A stretch of DNA of 64,000 nt from an uncultured Saprospirales bacterium (GTDB taxonomy: Bacteria; Bacteroidota; Bacteroidia; Chitinophagales; JADIYW01): the NCBI GenBank assembly GCA_938008535.1, contig CALLKF010000164.1:10202-74201 (forward strand). Direction: 5' to 3'. Positions within the stretch are counted from its first letter, which is position 1. The number at the start of each line of letters is the position of its first letter. Shown one piece after another: positions 10,183 through 21,460 of the stretch. The notes under the pieces were generated by a model that ran no database searches, was not told where the DNA came from, and was given only the letters and a program-made list of their open reading frames with translations. A program made the position numbers and the translations under genes.

Positions 10183-10941
10183 TTATCTATCTTTCCAAAA
10201 AGGATAACGCTGTTTGTGTTTTTCTAATTCATCTTTCGATAATGTAACAATTTCTATACCGTTTGTGTTTTCTAACAAAGAAAGTTGATTTCCTGCAAAA
10301 TCAAACACAGCACTGCAACCATCGTGTTCATGGTTGTAAAAATCATTTCCAATTCTATTTACACCAATCGTATAGCATTGATTTTCGATAGCACGTGCCT
10401 GCAATAAAATTTTCCAATGATGACTACGTTTCTTCGGCCAGTTGGCAACGTACAATTGAATATCTACATCGTCATTGTTCGCGCACCAAGCTGGAAAACG
10501 AATATCGTAACAAATAAATGGTTGGATTTTCCAACCTTTGTAATCAATTACTATTTTTTCATTTCCTTTGGTAAGATATTTATCTTCACCAACCAAACTA
10601 AATAAATGATGTTTATTGTAATGATGGATATTTTCATTCGGCTCAACAAATAAGAAACGATTAAAATATTGATTATTTTCTTTGAAAAGAATGCTACCAC
10701 AAATTGCACAGTTTTTTTCTTTTGCAAGATATTTCATCCAAGCAACAGTTTCGCCATTTATATCTTCTGCCAATGGAGTTTCATCAACACAAAATGCCGT
10801 GCTAAACATTTCTGGCAACACAATAATATCTGTTTTCTTTTCAATAGATGAAATGAGATTTTCTAATTTAGAAAGATTTGCCTTTTTATCTTTCCAGATT
10901 AAATCAGTTTGAACAAGTGCTATAGAAATTTCGTTTCGCAT
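10183..10941 (-). CDS. Carbon-nitrogen hydrolase (nitrilase superfamily, omega-amidase/YafV-like)
   Basis: 252-aa ORF. The Glu-Lys-Cys triad contexts are VLPEMFSTAF, YNKHHLF and FICYDIRFP. Confidence 0.8.
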   Translation of the reverse strand: MRNEISIALVQTDLIWKDKKANLSKLENLISSIEKKTDIIVLPEMFSTAFCVDETPLAEDINGETVAWMKYLAKEKNCAICGSILFKENNQYFNRFLFVEPNENIHHYNKHHLFSLVGEDKYLTKGNEKIVIDYKGWKIQPFICYDIRFPAWCANNDDVDIQLYVANWPKKRSHHWKILLQARAIENQCYTIGVNRIGNDFYNHEHDGCSAVFDFAGNQLSLLENTNGIEIVTLSKDELEKHKQRYPFWKDR

Positions 10942-10944
10942 TTC

Positions 10945-11391
10945 TTATTTTGATACTATATTTTCCAAATGATGCGTCAAATGTTGCACATAATCTTCTG
11001 CTATAAATAAAGTAGTGTTTTTAATAGCTGGATTAATATCAAAACTCATCAAAGCCTCATATTTGTCTGCTGGCATTTTTTCTAAGATAGCAATAATCTG
11101 TTTGTTTAGTAAATACCAAAGTTCAACTACATCTTTTTTTTCGCTGTTTTGATAATCATTCATTGCCACCCAATTATCTGGATGGTATCTGACATGAACA
11201 TTCTCTTCATACTGAACTCTAATAAATCGCTGTATATTATTTTGTGCAGAATCTATCAAATGTCCAAGTTCTTCTTGCTTACTCCATTTATTTAGTGCAG
11301 GTTTTTTTGAAAAATTTTCATCATTGGTTTCTTTTAATAATGCATAATATTTAGTAATAGCTGTTTCTAATTCTTGAATTATTTTTTTCAT
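10945..11391 (-). CDS. DinB-family protein
   Basis: 148-aa ORF of helical-bundle type with HLIDSAQNN...HHLENI His motifs. The assignment is by pattern only. Confidence 0.5.
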   Translation of the reverse strand: MKKIIQELETAITKYYALLKETNDENFSKKPALNKWSKQEELGHLIDSAQNNIQRFIRVQYEENVHVRYHPDNWVAMNDYQNSEKKDVVELWYLLNKQIIAILEKMPADKYEALMSFDINPAIKNTTLFIAEDYVQHLTHHLENIVSK

Positions 11392-11430
11392 CAGTTTATT
11401 TTATAATTTCCAATGCATGCATTGTAATAA

Positions 11431-13497
<2,067 letters not shown>

Positions 13498-13624
13498 GTT
13501 TTTACAATTACTATTTCTGATTCCAAAGCCATAGGAAAACAGACAGAATATCTAATTTATTCAATCTTAAAAACTGTTAACCAATTCCAATAACTTCTAA
13601 CTTATTGTTATCTTTACCAATAAG

Positions 13625-15643
13625 ATGAATTTTGTTTTCCCATTCTTTCTGTTTGCACTTTTTGCGTTGGCGATTCCAATTATTATTCATCTTTTTTATT
13701 TCAGAAAATACAAAAAAGTTTATTTCTCAGATATTCGTTTCTTGAAACAAGTTCAAGAAGAAAAATCAACTATTGATAAATTGAAGAAACGCTTGATTTT
13801 AGCAACACGATTATTGGCGTTGTTATTCTTAATTTTGGCATTCGCGCAACCATTCATCGGTTCTAATAAAAATAAACTCAATCAAGGCAATGCTGCAGTT
13901 TGCGTTTACATTGATAATTCTTATTCGATGGGTTTGAAAAAAAGTGGCGAAGCTGGCTTGTCTATTGCAAAAACAAAAGCGAAAGAAATTGCAAACGCAT
14001 TTAATACTGGTGATAAATTTTCGTTATTGACAAATGATTTGGAAGGCACGCATCAGCGTTGGATGCAAAAACAAGATTTTTTAGATGCGATTGAAAAAAT
14101 AGAATTGTCACCAAATATTAAAACAATTGACGAGATTTCTAAAAAAGAAGCAACACTTTTTCAATCGTTAAATGTTAAAAATAAATTAGGATTCTTTATT
14201 TCGGATTTCCAAAAAAACATGCTCACTAAAAGCGAAGACACCACATTTATAGCTCATTTTTTAAATATACAAAGTGAAGCAAAAAAAAATTTATTTGTAG
14301 ATTCTTGTTGGTTCGAACAACCTTTATTTACTATGAATACCAATAATAAACTATTGGTTAGAGTAAAAAATGCAGGTAATACCATTGCTGAAAAAATTCG
14401 TGTTTCTGTTAAAATAAATGGCATTGTAAAAGCAATTGATGATATAACTATTGAACCGGAAAATTCTGTTATCGATTCATTCAATATTACATCAACGCAA
14501 GCTGGTTGGCAAAAAGCAGAAATCACTTTTAACGATTATCCAATTACATTTGATGATCATTTTTATTTTGCTTATAAAGTTGCACAAACCGAAGAAATAT
14601 TATCGATTGATGATACCGAAACACCCAATAATATTGCATCCATTTTTACAAATGATGCACATTTTAGTTTTGATAAAATCAATAAAGGCCAACTCGATTA
14701 TTCATCTTTTAAGAATTATTCGCTCATTATTTTAAATCAATTAACAGAAATAAGTTTAGGAATTGCATCGTCATTAAAAGAATATATTGATAATGGCGGA
14801 AACGTATATATTATTCCAAGTGTGAATGCAGATGTCAATTCTTATAACTCTTTTTTATCCAATAATAATGCTGGAAGTTTTGGTGCGCTGCAAGTAAAAT
14901 ATGGTGAAGTCACCAAAATAAATTTACAAGAAGAATTATTTAAATCGGTGTTTAATAATGTTCCCAAAAATGTGGAAACGCCAAAAATAAAAAAACTATA
15001 TCCAATTTTATCAAATACAAATAATAACGAACGCGAAATTTTATCAACGAATATTGGTTCGCCATTGGTTGCCAAATTTGATGCTGGAAATGGTTTTGTG
15101 TATGTGCAAGCGGTACCGTTAAGTGCTGATTTTTCTGACATTCAAGCTAATGCTATTTTTGTTCCGATGGTGTATAACAGTGCAGTTTATAAAAAAAATA
15201 AACAAGCATTATATTACACCATTGGAAAAGATAATTTGATAGAATTGAAAAACTCAAACACGAACGGTGAAAGTGTGTATAAATTATCGAATGGCAAAAA
15301 TGAATTTATTCCTGAAAATCGTTCGGTTGGAAACAGTGTGTTGTTGCGTGTAAATAATACATTGGAAAGCGATGGACATTACACTATAAACTCAAATAAC
15401 ACGGAACTCGGCATCGCAGCATTTAATTTTGACAGAACCGAATCTAACTTAAAATTTGCATCAAATGACGAAATCGCAACCACATTTAACAAAAAAAATC
15501 AATTGATTCTAGACAATACAAAAGCAAATTTATCAGCAGCAATAAAACAAATAAAAGATGGCGTTTTACTTTGGAAAATTTGCGTAATTTTGTCCTTATT
15601 GTTTTTGTTGATTGAAATACTGTTGATACGATTTTGGAAATAA
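13625..15643 (+). CDS. BatA-domain (aerotolerance-operon N-terminal domain) membrane protein
   Basis: 672-aa ORF. The N-terminus MNFVFPFFLFALFALAIPIIIHLFYFRKYKKVYFSDIRFL is typical of the double-TM BatA N-terminal domain. A C-terminal TM segment is also present. Confidence 0.7.
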   Translation: MNFVFPFFLFALFALAIPIIIHLFYFRKYKKVYFSDIRFLKQVQEEKSTIDKLKKRLILATRLLALLFLILAFAQPFIGSNKNKLNQGNAAVCVYIDNSYSMGLKKSGEAGLSIAKTKAKEIANAFNTGDKFSLLTNDLEGTHQRWMQKQDFLDAIEKIELSPNIKTIDEISKKEATLFQSLNVKNKLGFFISDFQKNMLTKSEDTTFIAHFLNIQSEAKKNLFVDSCWFEQPLFTMNTNNKLLVRVKNAGNTIAEKIRVSVKINGIVKAIDDITIEPENSVIDSFNITSTQAGWQKAEITFNDYPITFDDHFYFAYKVAQTEEILSIDDTETPNNIASIFTNDAHFSFDKINKGQLDYSSFKNYSLIILNQLTEISLGIASSLKEYIDNGGNVYIIPSVNADVNSYNSFLSNNNAGSFGALQVKYGEVTKINLQEELFKSVFNNVPKNVETPKIKKLYPILSNTNNNEREILSTNIGSPLVAKFDAGNGFVYVQAVPLSADFSDIQANAIFVPMVYNSAVYKKNKQALYYTIGKDNLIELKNSNTNGESVYKLSNGKNEFIPENRSVGNSVLLRVNNTLESDGHYTINSNNTELGIAAFNFDRTESNLKFASNDEIATTFNKKNQLILDNTKANLSAAIKQIKDGVLLWKICVILSLLFLLIEILLIRFWK

Positions 15644-15652
15644 AATATAACC

Positions 15653-16906
15653 ATGAAATACCTTATTAAAAATTCTACTCTTTTAAATCCTGATTCTGAA
15701 TTGATGAATGGTCAAAAGATAGACTGGTTGATTGAAGATGGTATCATGACATCTGTAACTGAAAACTCATCATTAGCTGATGCAGAAATTTTTGATGCGG
15801 CAAATTGCTACTTAGCTGCTGGTTTTTGCGATCTATCTGTCAACATAAATGATCCAGGTTTTGAATATCGTGAAGATATTGAATCTGTCTCTAAGGCAGC
15901 AATTGCTGGTGGTTTCACTACAATTTGCGCGGTTGCCAACAATCATCCAATTACGCAAACCAAAGCGCAAGTAGAATACGTTCTCAATAATGCAAAAAAT
16001 ACTGTGATAACTATTTTACCAATTGGTGCAGTTACTGAAAATTTTGACGGCAAAACACCAACCGAAATGTATGATATGCATCATGCTGGTGCTATTGCTT
16101 TTTCAGATGTGCCGCACAGTATAAAAGACAGCGGTGTTTTGTTGCGTGCATTGCAATATGTGCAACCGTTTGATGGCTTGATTATTGCATTGCCATTTGA
16201 TAAAACATTGGTTGGCGATGGACAAGTAAATGAAAGCGAAGTTTCTGTAAAAATGGGTGTGAAAGGCATCACTAATTTATCTGAATTTTCAGTTGTACAA
16301 CGTGATATTGAATTACTAAAATACGCTGGAGGAAAATTGCATATTGTTGGAATTTCCACAAAAGAAAGTGTAGATTTAATTAGAAAAGCGAAAGCAGAAA
16401 AATTAAACATTACTTGTTCGGTTTTTGTGCATCATTTAATTAGCAATGAAAATGATGTGAAAAATTTTGATTCAAACTATAAAGTATTTCCACCATTGAG
16501 AACGCTGGAAGACCAACAATCATTGATAGATGCTCTGAAAGATGGAACAATAGATTGTATTTCCACTCAACATACACCATTAAATATCGACGAAAAAAAT
16601 GTGGAATTTGAAATTGCTGATTTCGGAATGATTGGTTTGCAAACTGCGTTTGGTTTATTAAATAAAAAATTAGAAAACGAAATTTCTAAAGAAAAACTAA
16701 TCGAATTATTATCAAACAATCCGAGAAAAATAATCAATCAATCAAATCAAAGTTCTGAGTTTATCATTTTGAATTTTGACGAAGAATATATTTACACAGA
16801 AAAAGACAATCTTTCCAAATCAAAAAATTCTCCATACTTTAACCAATCATTAAAAGGAAAAGTGAAAGCCGTTTTTGCAAAAGGAAAATTAATTATAAAC
16901 AACTAA
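15653..16906 (+). CDS. Dihydroorotase-like amidohydrolase-fold protein with degenerate active site (probably non-catalytic)
   Basis: 417-aa ORF collinear with class I DHOase (GFTT, HIVGISTKESV, PPLR, DGTIDCI). The HxH motif reads CDLSVNINDPG and the catalytic-Asp motif reads STQHTP. Confidence 0.75.
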   Translation: MKYLIKNSTLLNPDSELMNGQKIDWLIEDGIMTSVTENSSLADAEIFDAANCYLAAGFCDLSVNINDPGFEYREDIESVSKAAIAGGFTTICAVANNHPITQTKAQVEYVLNNAKNTVITILPIGAVTENFDGKTPTEMYDMHHAGAIAFSDVPHSIKDSGVLLRALQYVQPFDGLIIALPFDKTLVGDGQVNESEVSVKMGVKGITNLSEFSVVQRDIELLKYAGGKLHIVGISTKESVDLIRKAKAEKLNITCSVFVHHLISNENDVKNFDSNYKVFPPLRTLEDQQSLIDALKDGTIDCISTQHTPLNIDEKNVEFEIADFGMIGLQTAFGLLNKKLENEISKEKLIELLSNNPRKIINQSNQSSEFIILNFDEEYIYTEKDNLSKSKNSPYFNQSLKGKVKAVFAKGKLIINN

Positions 16907-17341
16907 ATGAGCAACGAACAACCAACAGAAACAAATCCGCGTGGTGCATTAAGTGGCATTTTAATTACATTAATAGCAGCACTTGTATCTACCTTGTTTT
17001 TTGCATCTTTTTTCACCTTAGCATACATCAAACACATGCCTTACGGCAGACCGCAAGCTATGATTTTACAGGTAACAGCCATCGCATTTGCGGTAGTGCT
17101 TACTCTCTATTTATCTAGAAAAGTACAAGGCGACAAATTGAGTTACATGCAAGGTTTTTTAGGTGGCTGGATGACGAGTTTAGTATTAGCGTTGTTCGTT
17201 TCATCTTTCTACTCTATTTTTTCATCTATCACCAAAACACCAACGATGCCAACTGGTGGATTCGCTATGATTGTGATGTTATATAGCGCAATCGGCATGT
17301 TATTTTCGCTAGTATCAGCAATTATCTTTAAAAAAGATTAA
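16907..17341 (+). CDS. Small integral membrane protein (DUF4199-like)
   Basis: 144-aa ORF with four predicted TM helices. Its start codon directly follows the upstream stop. Confidence 0.5.
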   Translation: MSNEQPTETNPRGALSGILITLIAALVSTLFFASFFTLAYIKHMPYGRPQAMILQVTAIAFAVVLTLYLSRKVQGDKLSYMQGFLGGWMTSLVLALFVSSFYSIFSSITKTPTMPTGGFAMIVMLYSAIGMLFSLVSAIIFKKD

Positions 17342-17400
17342 TTTCTTTTTTCTCAGAATAAATAAAGTTATTTTTGCAGTCGTAAATCGTATATCACAAA

Positions 17401-18342
17401 TTGAACATCAGTATAGTCATACCACTATTTAACGAAGAAGAATCGTTGCCAGAATTATTTACTTGGATTGAAAAAGTGATGACGGAAAATAATTTTACAT
17501 ATGAAGTCATTGCAGTTGATGATGGCAGCAAAGACACTTCGTGGAAAGTGATTAAAGATTTTTCGCAGAAAAATCCAAATATAAAAGGCATACATTTTCA
17601 ACGCAACTATGGAAAATCTGCAGCGTTGCAAGTTGGTTTCGAAACAGTACAAGGCGATGTAGTGATTACCATGGATGCTGATTTGCAAGATTCGCCAGAT
17701 GAAATTCCTGATTTATATAAAATGATTTCAGTTGATGGCTTTGATTTGGTTTCTGGCTGGAAGAAAAAACGCTACGATCCACTTTCAAAAACTATTCCAA
17801 CCAAGTTATTTAATTTTGCAACTCGCAAAGTTTCTGACATAAACAATCTGCATGATTTTAATTGTGGTTTGAAAGCTTATAAAAAAGAAGTGGTAAAAAA
17901 TATTGAAGTGTATGGTGAAATGCATCGTTATATTCCTGTAATTGCAAAATGGAGTGGCTACGATAAAATCACTGAAAAAGCAGTGCAACATCAGGAACGA
18001 AAATACGGAAAAACAAAATTTGGATTAGAGCGATTTGTAAATGGTTTTTTAGATTTAATGAGCATCACTTTTGTCGGAAGATTTGGCAAAAGACCTATGC
18101 ATTTATTTGGTACACTCGGTATCCTTTCCTTTTTATTAGGCGTTTTTATTCTCATTTATTTAACGATTACAAAAACAGTTTTTGGCGTTGTAGGTATGAC
18201 AAACAGACCTATTTTTTACCTTGGAATTCTAACCATTATTGTTGGTGCTCAACTTTTTGTAGCTGGCTTTTTAGGCGAACTCATCGCAAGAAATGGTGCT
18301 GACAGAAACCATTATAATATTGGCGAAAAGGTCGGATTTTAA
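17401..18342 (+). CDS. Family 2 glycosyltransferase (polyprenol-phosphate sugar transferase type)
   Basis: 313-aa ORF with a TTG start. Motifs are SIVIPLFNEEESL, VDDGSKD and MDADLQDSP, with two C-terminal TM helices. A TATTTTTG -7 box lies about 20 nt upstream. Confidence 0.85.
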   Translation: MNISIVIPLFNEEESLPELFTWIEKVMTENNFTYEVIAVDDGSKDTSWKVIKDFSQKNPNIKGIHFQRNYGKSAALQVGFETVQGDVVITMDADLQDSPDEIPDLYKMISVDGFDLVSGWKKKRYDPLSKTIPTKLFNFATRKVSDINNLHDFNCGLKAYKKEVVKNIEVYGEMHRYIPVIAKWSGYDKITEKAVQHQERKYGKTKFGLERFVNGFLDLMSITFVGRFGKRPMHLFGTLGILSFLLGVFILIYLTITKTVFGVVGMTNRPIFYLGILTIIVGAQLFVAGFLGELIARNGADRNHYNIGEKVGF

Positions 18343-18469
18343 GTTAATTATTATCTTTATAAACTATAACCTATACTGCATATCATTTTGATTTGTTTAG
18401 TTTAATCACTAATTTAACAGTGCGTTTCTCAAATGTAGCAATTCATAGAAATTGAATTAAAATAATAAA

Positions 18470-19246
18470 ATGTATAATTTAACACAAGAATACGACAAAT
18501 ACACCAAAGAAGATTTTTTAGTATGGAAGTTATTGTATCAGCGACAAAGTGTGTTACTCCAAAACATGGCGTCGAAGGAGTTTATTCACGGAATGGAAGA
18601 AATGCATTTTAATGCAGATAAAATTCCAGATTTTAATCACGTAAATAAAGTATTGGCAAATACTACAGGCTGGCAAATTGAAGTAGTACCTGGTTTAATT
18701 CCAGATAAAGATTTTTTTGAATTGTTAGCTAATAAAAAGTTTCCATCTTCTACTTGGTTGCGTAAATTAGAGAACTTAGATTATTTAGAAGAACCTGATA
18801 TGTTTCATGATTGTTTTGCGCACATGCCATTATTAAGCGAACAATTTTTTGTAGATTATTTGCAAGAGATTTCCAAAATAGCATTAAAACATATTGATGA
18901 TGCATTAGCTATAGAATTGATTGGTCGAGTGTATTGGTTTACAGTAGAATTTGGTTTGATACAACAGGAAAATGGCATGCGTATTTATGGAGCAGGCATT
19001 TTATCTTCAAGTGGTGAAAGTATTTTTAGTGTTGGTGATAAATCCAATCGATTGCCGTTTAATGTGAAGGACATGATGGAAAAGCATTACTATAAAGATC
19101 ATTTCCAGGACAGATATTATGTGATTAATAGTTACAAAGAATTATTTGATGCGATTCCGGAAATTGAAAGTTTATTAGAACACGCATTAAAATCAATACC
19201 ACACGAAAAAAATATTTATGCAACACCATTGGATATAAATTTGTAG
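18470..19246 (+). CDS. phhA: Phenylalanine 4-hydroxylase (aromatic amino acid hydroxylase)
   Basis: 258-aa ORF. The iron-ligand context is EPDMFHDCFAHMPLL, followed by YWFTVEFGL and GAGILSSSGE. Confidence 0.85.
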   Translation: MYNLTQEYDKYTKEDFLVWKLLYQRQSVLLQNMASKEFIHGMEEMHFNADKIPDFNHVNKVLANTTGWQIEVVPGLIPDKDFFELLANKKFPSSTWLRKLENLDYLEEPDMFHDCFAHMPLLSEQFFVDYLQEISKIALKHIDDALAIELIGRVYWFTVEFGLIQQENGMRIYGAGILSSSGESIFSVGDKSNRLPFNVKDMMEKHYYKDHFQDRYYVINSYKELFDAIPEIESLLEHALKSIPHEKNIYATPLDINL

Positions 19247-19255
19247 AAATAGCAT

Positions 19256-19346
19256 CACAGAGAACTCTAAGAACACACAAAGTTTTACAGAGTTTTTTAT
19301 AAAAACGCTGTTATCTCTGTGATTTTCTCTGAGTAACTCAGTGATA
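19256..19346. repeat. Intergenic repeat copy 1 (CACAGAG / CTCTGTG / CTCAGTG word family)
   Basis: Starts with CACAGAGAA, contains TTTTATAAAAACGCTGT and ends in CTCTGTGATTTTCTCTGAGTAACTCAGTGATA. It includes the internal palindrome CTGAGT-A-ACTCAG. Confidence 0.6.
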
Positions 19347-19363
19347 CCAAAAAGATACAGTAA

Positions 19364-19519
19364 ATGAAAAAGCAAACACTCAAACAAATAAAATCAAGTG
19401 TAAGAAAGAAGCAAATTAAAGATGGTTTTTTTGATGGAAGATTTGCACCTAAAACACAACCTAATAAAAAGAAAGTGCAGAATAAAAGACAATGTCGGTT
19501 AAAAATTTCACTTGAATAA
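19364..19519 (+). CDS. Candidate small basic protein (51 aa), below the ORF-track cutoff
   Basis: My translation is MKKQTLKQIKSSVRKKQIKDGFFDGRFAPKTQPNKKKVQNKRQCRLKISLE. It is the only open frame in a 395-nt gap and is bracketed by the two repeat copies. Confidence 0.35.
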   Translation: MKKQTLKQIKSSVRKKQIKDGFFDGRFAPKTQPNKKKVQNKRQCRLKISLE

Positions 19520-19550
19520 AAAATAATATCATAGCATGCTCGAAGGAAAA

Positions 19551-19624
19551 CACAGAGAAAATAAATAATTTTATAAAAATAAAAACGCTGTGGCCTCAGT
19601 GAAAACTCAGAGTTTTCTGTGATA
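19551..19624. repeat. Intergenic repeat copy 2 (same family and orientation as 19256-19346)
   Basis: Reads CACAGAGAAA...TTTTATAAAAATAAAAACGCTGTGGCCTCAGTGAAAACTCAGAGTTTTCTGTGATA. It shares the start, the AAAACGCTGT core and the CTCAG/CTGTGAT tail with copy 1. Confidence 0.6.
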
Positions 19625-19641
19625 AAAAAATAAAACGAAAA

Positions 19642-20505
19642 ATGAAAACAATCATACCCAAAGAAACAGGTTTAAAAGAAATATCTAATTTTTTTACATC
19701 GGCAATTGTACCGCGACCAGTTGCCTTTGTGAGTACGATAGATGAAAACGGAACACCGAATTTGAGTCCGTTTTCTTTCTTTAATATTTTTAGTTCCAAT
19801 CCACCAATTCTTATTTTTTCACCAGCAAAAAGTGCATTAACTGGCAAACAAAAAGATACTTACTATAATGTAAAAACCAATGCAGAATGCGTGATTCACA
19901 TAGCAAACTATGCTATGGTAGAACAATTATCAGTAACCAGCGGTGCTTATCCATCTGGTGTAAATGAGTTTATAAAAGGTGGTTTTACGGAAGAAAAATC
20001 TACTTTAGTAAAACCACCACGTATAAAAGAAGCGCCTATTGCATTTGAGTGCAAAGTGAATCAAATTATAGAATTAGGTGACACAGGTGGTTCTGGAAAT
20101 TTAGTGATTTGCAAAATTGTACTGATTCACGTAGATGAAAATTTATTAGATGCTAACGGAAATGTGATTGCAGAAAAACTAGATCCTATTGCACGTTTAG
20201 GTTATAACAATTATGTGCGATTCACGAAAGACGATATTTTTGAAACGCCAAAACCATTGAAAGCCTTTGGCGTTGGCGTTGATGCCATTCCACAATGGAT
20301 AAGAGAGGAAAAAATTTTAGATGGAAATGAATTAGGAAAATTAGCCAGCATTGCAGAAATTCCAAACAAAGAAGAAATTAAAGACGATAGCGAATTAGTA
20401 GAATTAATTTCCGATTATAAAGATCAAAGCATCAACGAGCTCAAAAGATTATTGAGTGAAAATAAAATTAAAGAAGCTTGGTTGGTGTTGTTGAATGTGA
20501 AGTGA
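19642..20505 (+). CDS. Flavin reductase-like FMN-binding domain protein
   Basis: 287-aa ORF. VPRPVAFVSTIDENGTPNLSPFSFFN is typical of the flavin reductase family. Confidence 0.7.
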   Translation: MKTIIPKETGLKEISNFFTSAIVPRPVAFVSTIDENGTPNLSPFSFFNIFSSNPPILIFSPAKSALTGKQKDTYYNVKTNAECVIHIANYAMVEQLSVTSGAYPSGVNEFIKGGFTEEKSTLVKPPRIKEAPIAFECKVNQIIELGDTGGSGNLVICKIVLIHVDENLLDANGNVIAEKLDPIARLGYNNYVRFTKDDIFETPKPLKAFGVGVDAIPQWIREEKILDGNELGKLASIAEIPNKEEIKDDSELVELISDYKDQSINELKRLLSENKIKEAWLVLLNVK

Positions 20506-20538
20506 AAATATTTCAATTTTTTATTTTAACTTTAATAC

Positions 20539-20766
20539 ATGGAACAATTAGTAATAGATATTGAATCTAATGATGATGCACAATTAATAAAAGAACTGCT
20601 TAAACGATTTAAAAAAGTAGAAGTGAAAAGTTTTGCTTCTGATATTAATGAAAAAGAAATGCAGTTTAGAATACAACAAGGTATTAAAGATGCAGATTTT
20701 GGAAATGTGAAAGATTGGAATACAGTAAAGACAGAATTGGCAACTAAAATTGTACAATATAAATAA
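20539..20766 (+). CDS. Putative antitoxin (ParD-like) of a type II toxin-antitoxin pair
   Basis: 75-aa ORF whose stop abuts the toxin start (TAAATG). It is small and acidic. Confidence 0.5.
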   Translation: MEQLVIDIESNDDAQLIKELLKRFKKVEVKSFASDINEKEMQFRIQQGIKDADFGNVKDWNTVKTELATKIVQYK

Positions 20767-21078
20767 ATGTTTAAAATTATAGTTACTGAAAATACGGAAC
20801 AATCATTAAATGAAATTATTGATTTCTATTTTACAGAACACACCATAGACAGAACACAAAAAGTATTAGATAGTATAGATGAAGCATTTATAAAAATTGC
20901 GAAATCACCTTTTCATTTTCCAATATGTTTTGATGTCAGAGCACCACAGGAAAATATTCGACAATTTATTTTACACGATACTTTTAAAATTATCTATAGA
21001 ATTCAACCTGATAGAATTGAGATAATTGAAATTTTTCATGGAAGAAGAAATCCTGAAATTATAAAAGAAGTTGATTAA
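20767..21078 (+). CDS. ParE/RelE-family type II toxin
   Basis: 103-aa ORF. The C-terminal IEIIEIFHGRRNP signature resembles ParE-like plasmid-stabilisation toxins. Confidence 0.7.
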   Translation: MFKIIVTENTEQSLNEIIDFYFTEHTIDRTQKVLDSIDEAFIKIAKSPFHFPICFDVRAPQENIRQFILHDTFKIIYRIQPDRIEIIEIFHGRRNPEIIKEVD

Positions 21079-21079
21079 G

Positions 21080-21460
21080 TTATTTCATCACTACATACAT
21101 TTGCCACGCGCCAAATCCAACACACCAGATATTGATAAATGCATTTAGGATGCCATCGATAATGCCAACATTATACATTCCATTTAAAATGTTGAAACTA
21201 AAATCACACAAACCTAAAAACAGCATCGCACCAGCAGCCACTAAGGTGTAATCTTTCCATTTAATATTGTTTCTATTGAAGTAAGCTATCAATAAAACAA
21301 TACATAAAAAACTATCAGGCAACGGAAAGCTATGTTCGAACTTACTATAATAGCTTGGATAATTTGGATTCTCAAAACCAAAAGTAAAAAACGCTGTCCA
21401 GAATAAAATTAATCCAATAGCAGTTAACAGTTGTAGAGTATAGGTTGTTTTGAATTGCAT
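21080..21460 (-). CDS. Small 4-TM membrane protein, last gene of the reductase operon
   Basis: 126-aa hydrophobic ORF. Its start abuts the stop of the upstream SDR gene (21461). Confidence 0.5.
   Translation of the reverse strand: MQFKTTYTLQLLTAIGLILFWTAFFTFGFENPNYPSYYSKFEHSFPLPDSFLCIVLLIAYFNRNNIKWKDYTLVAAGAMLFLGLCDFSFNILNGMYNVGIIDGILNAFINIWCVGFGAWQMYVVMK

Noticed and set aside
19596-19847. 83-aa minus-strand ORF overlapping repeat copy 2 and the flavin reductase start
   Set aside because: It overlaps a well-supported plus-strand gene and a non-coding repeat. No supporting features are present.
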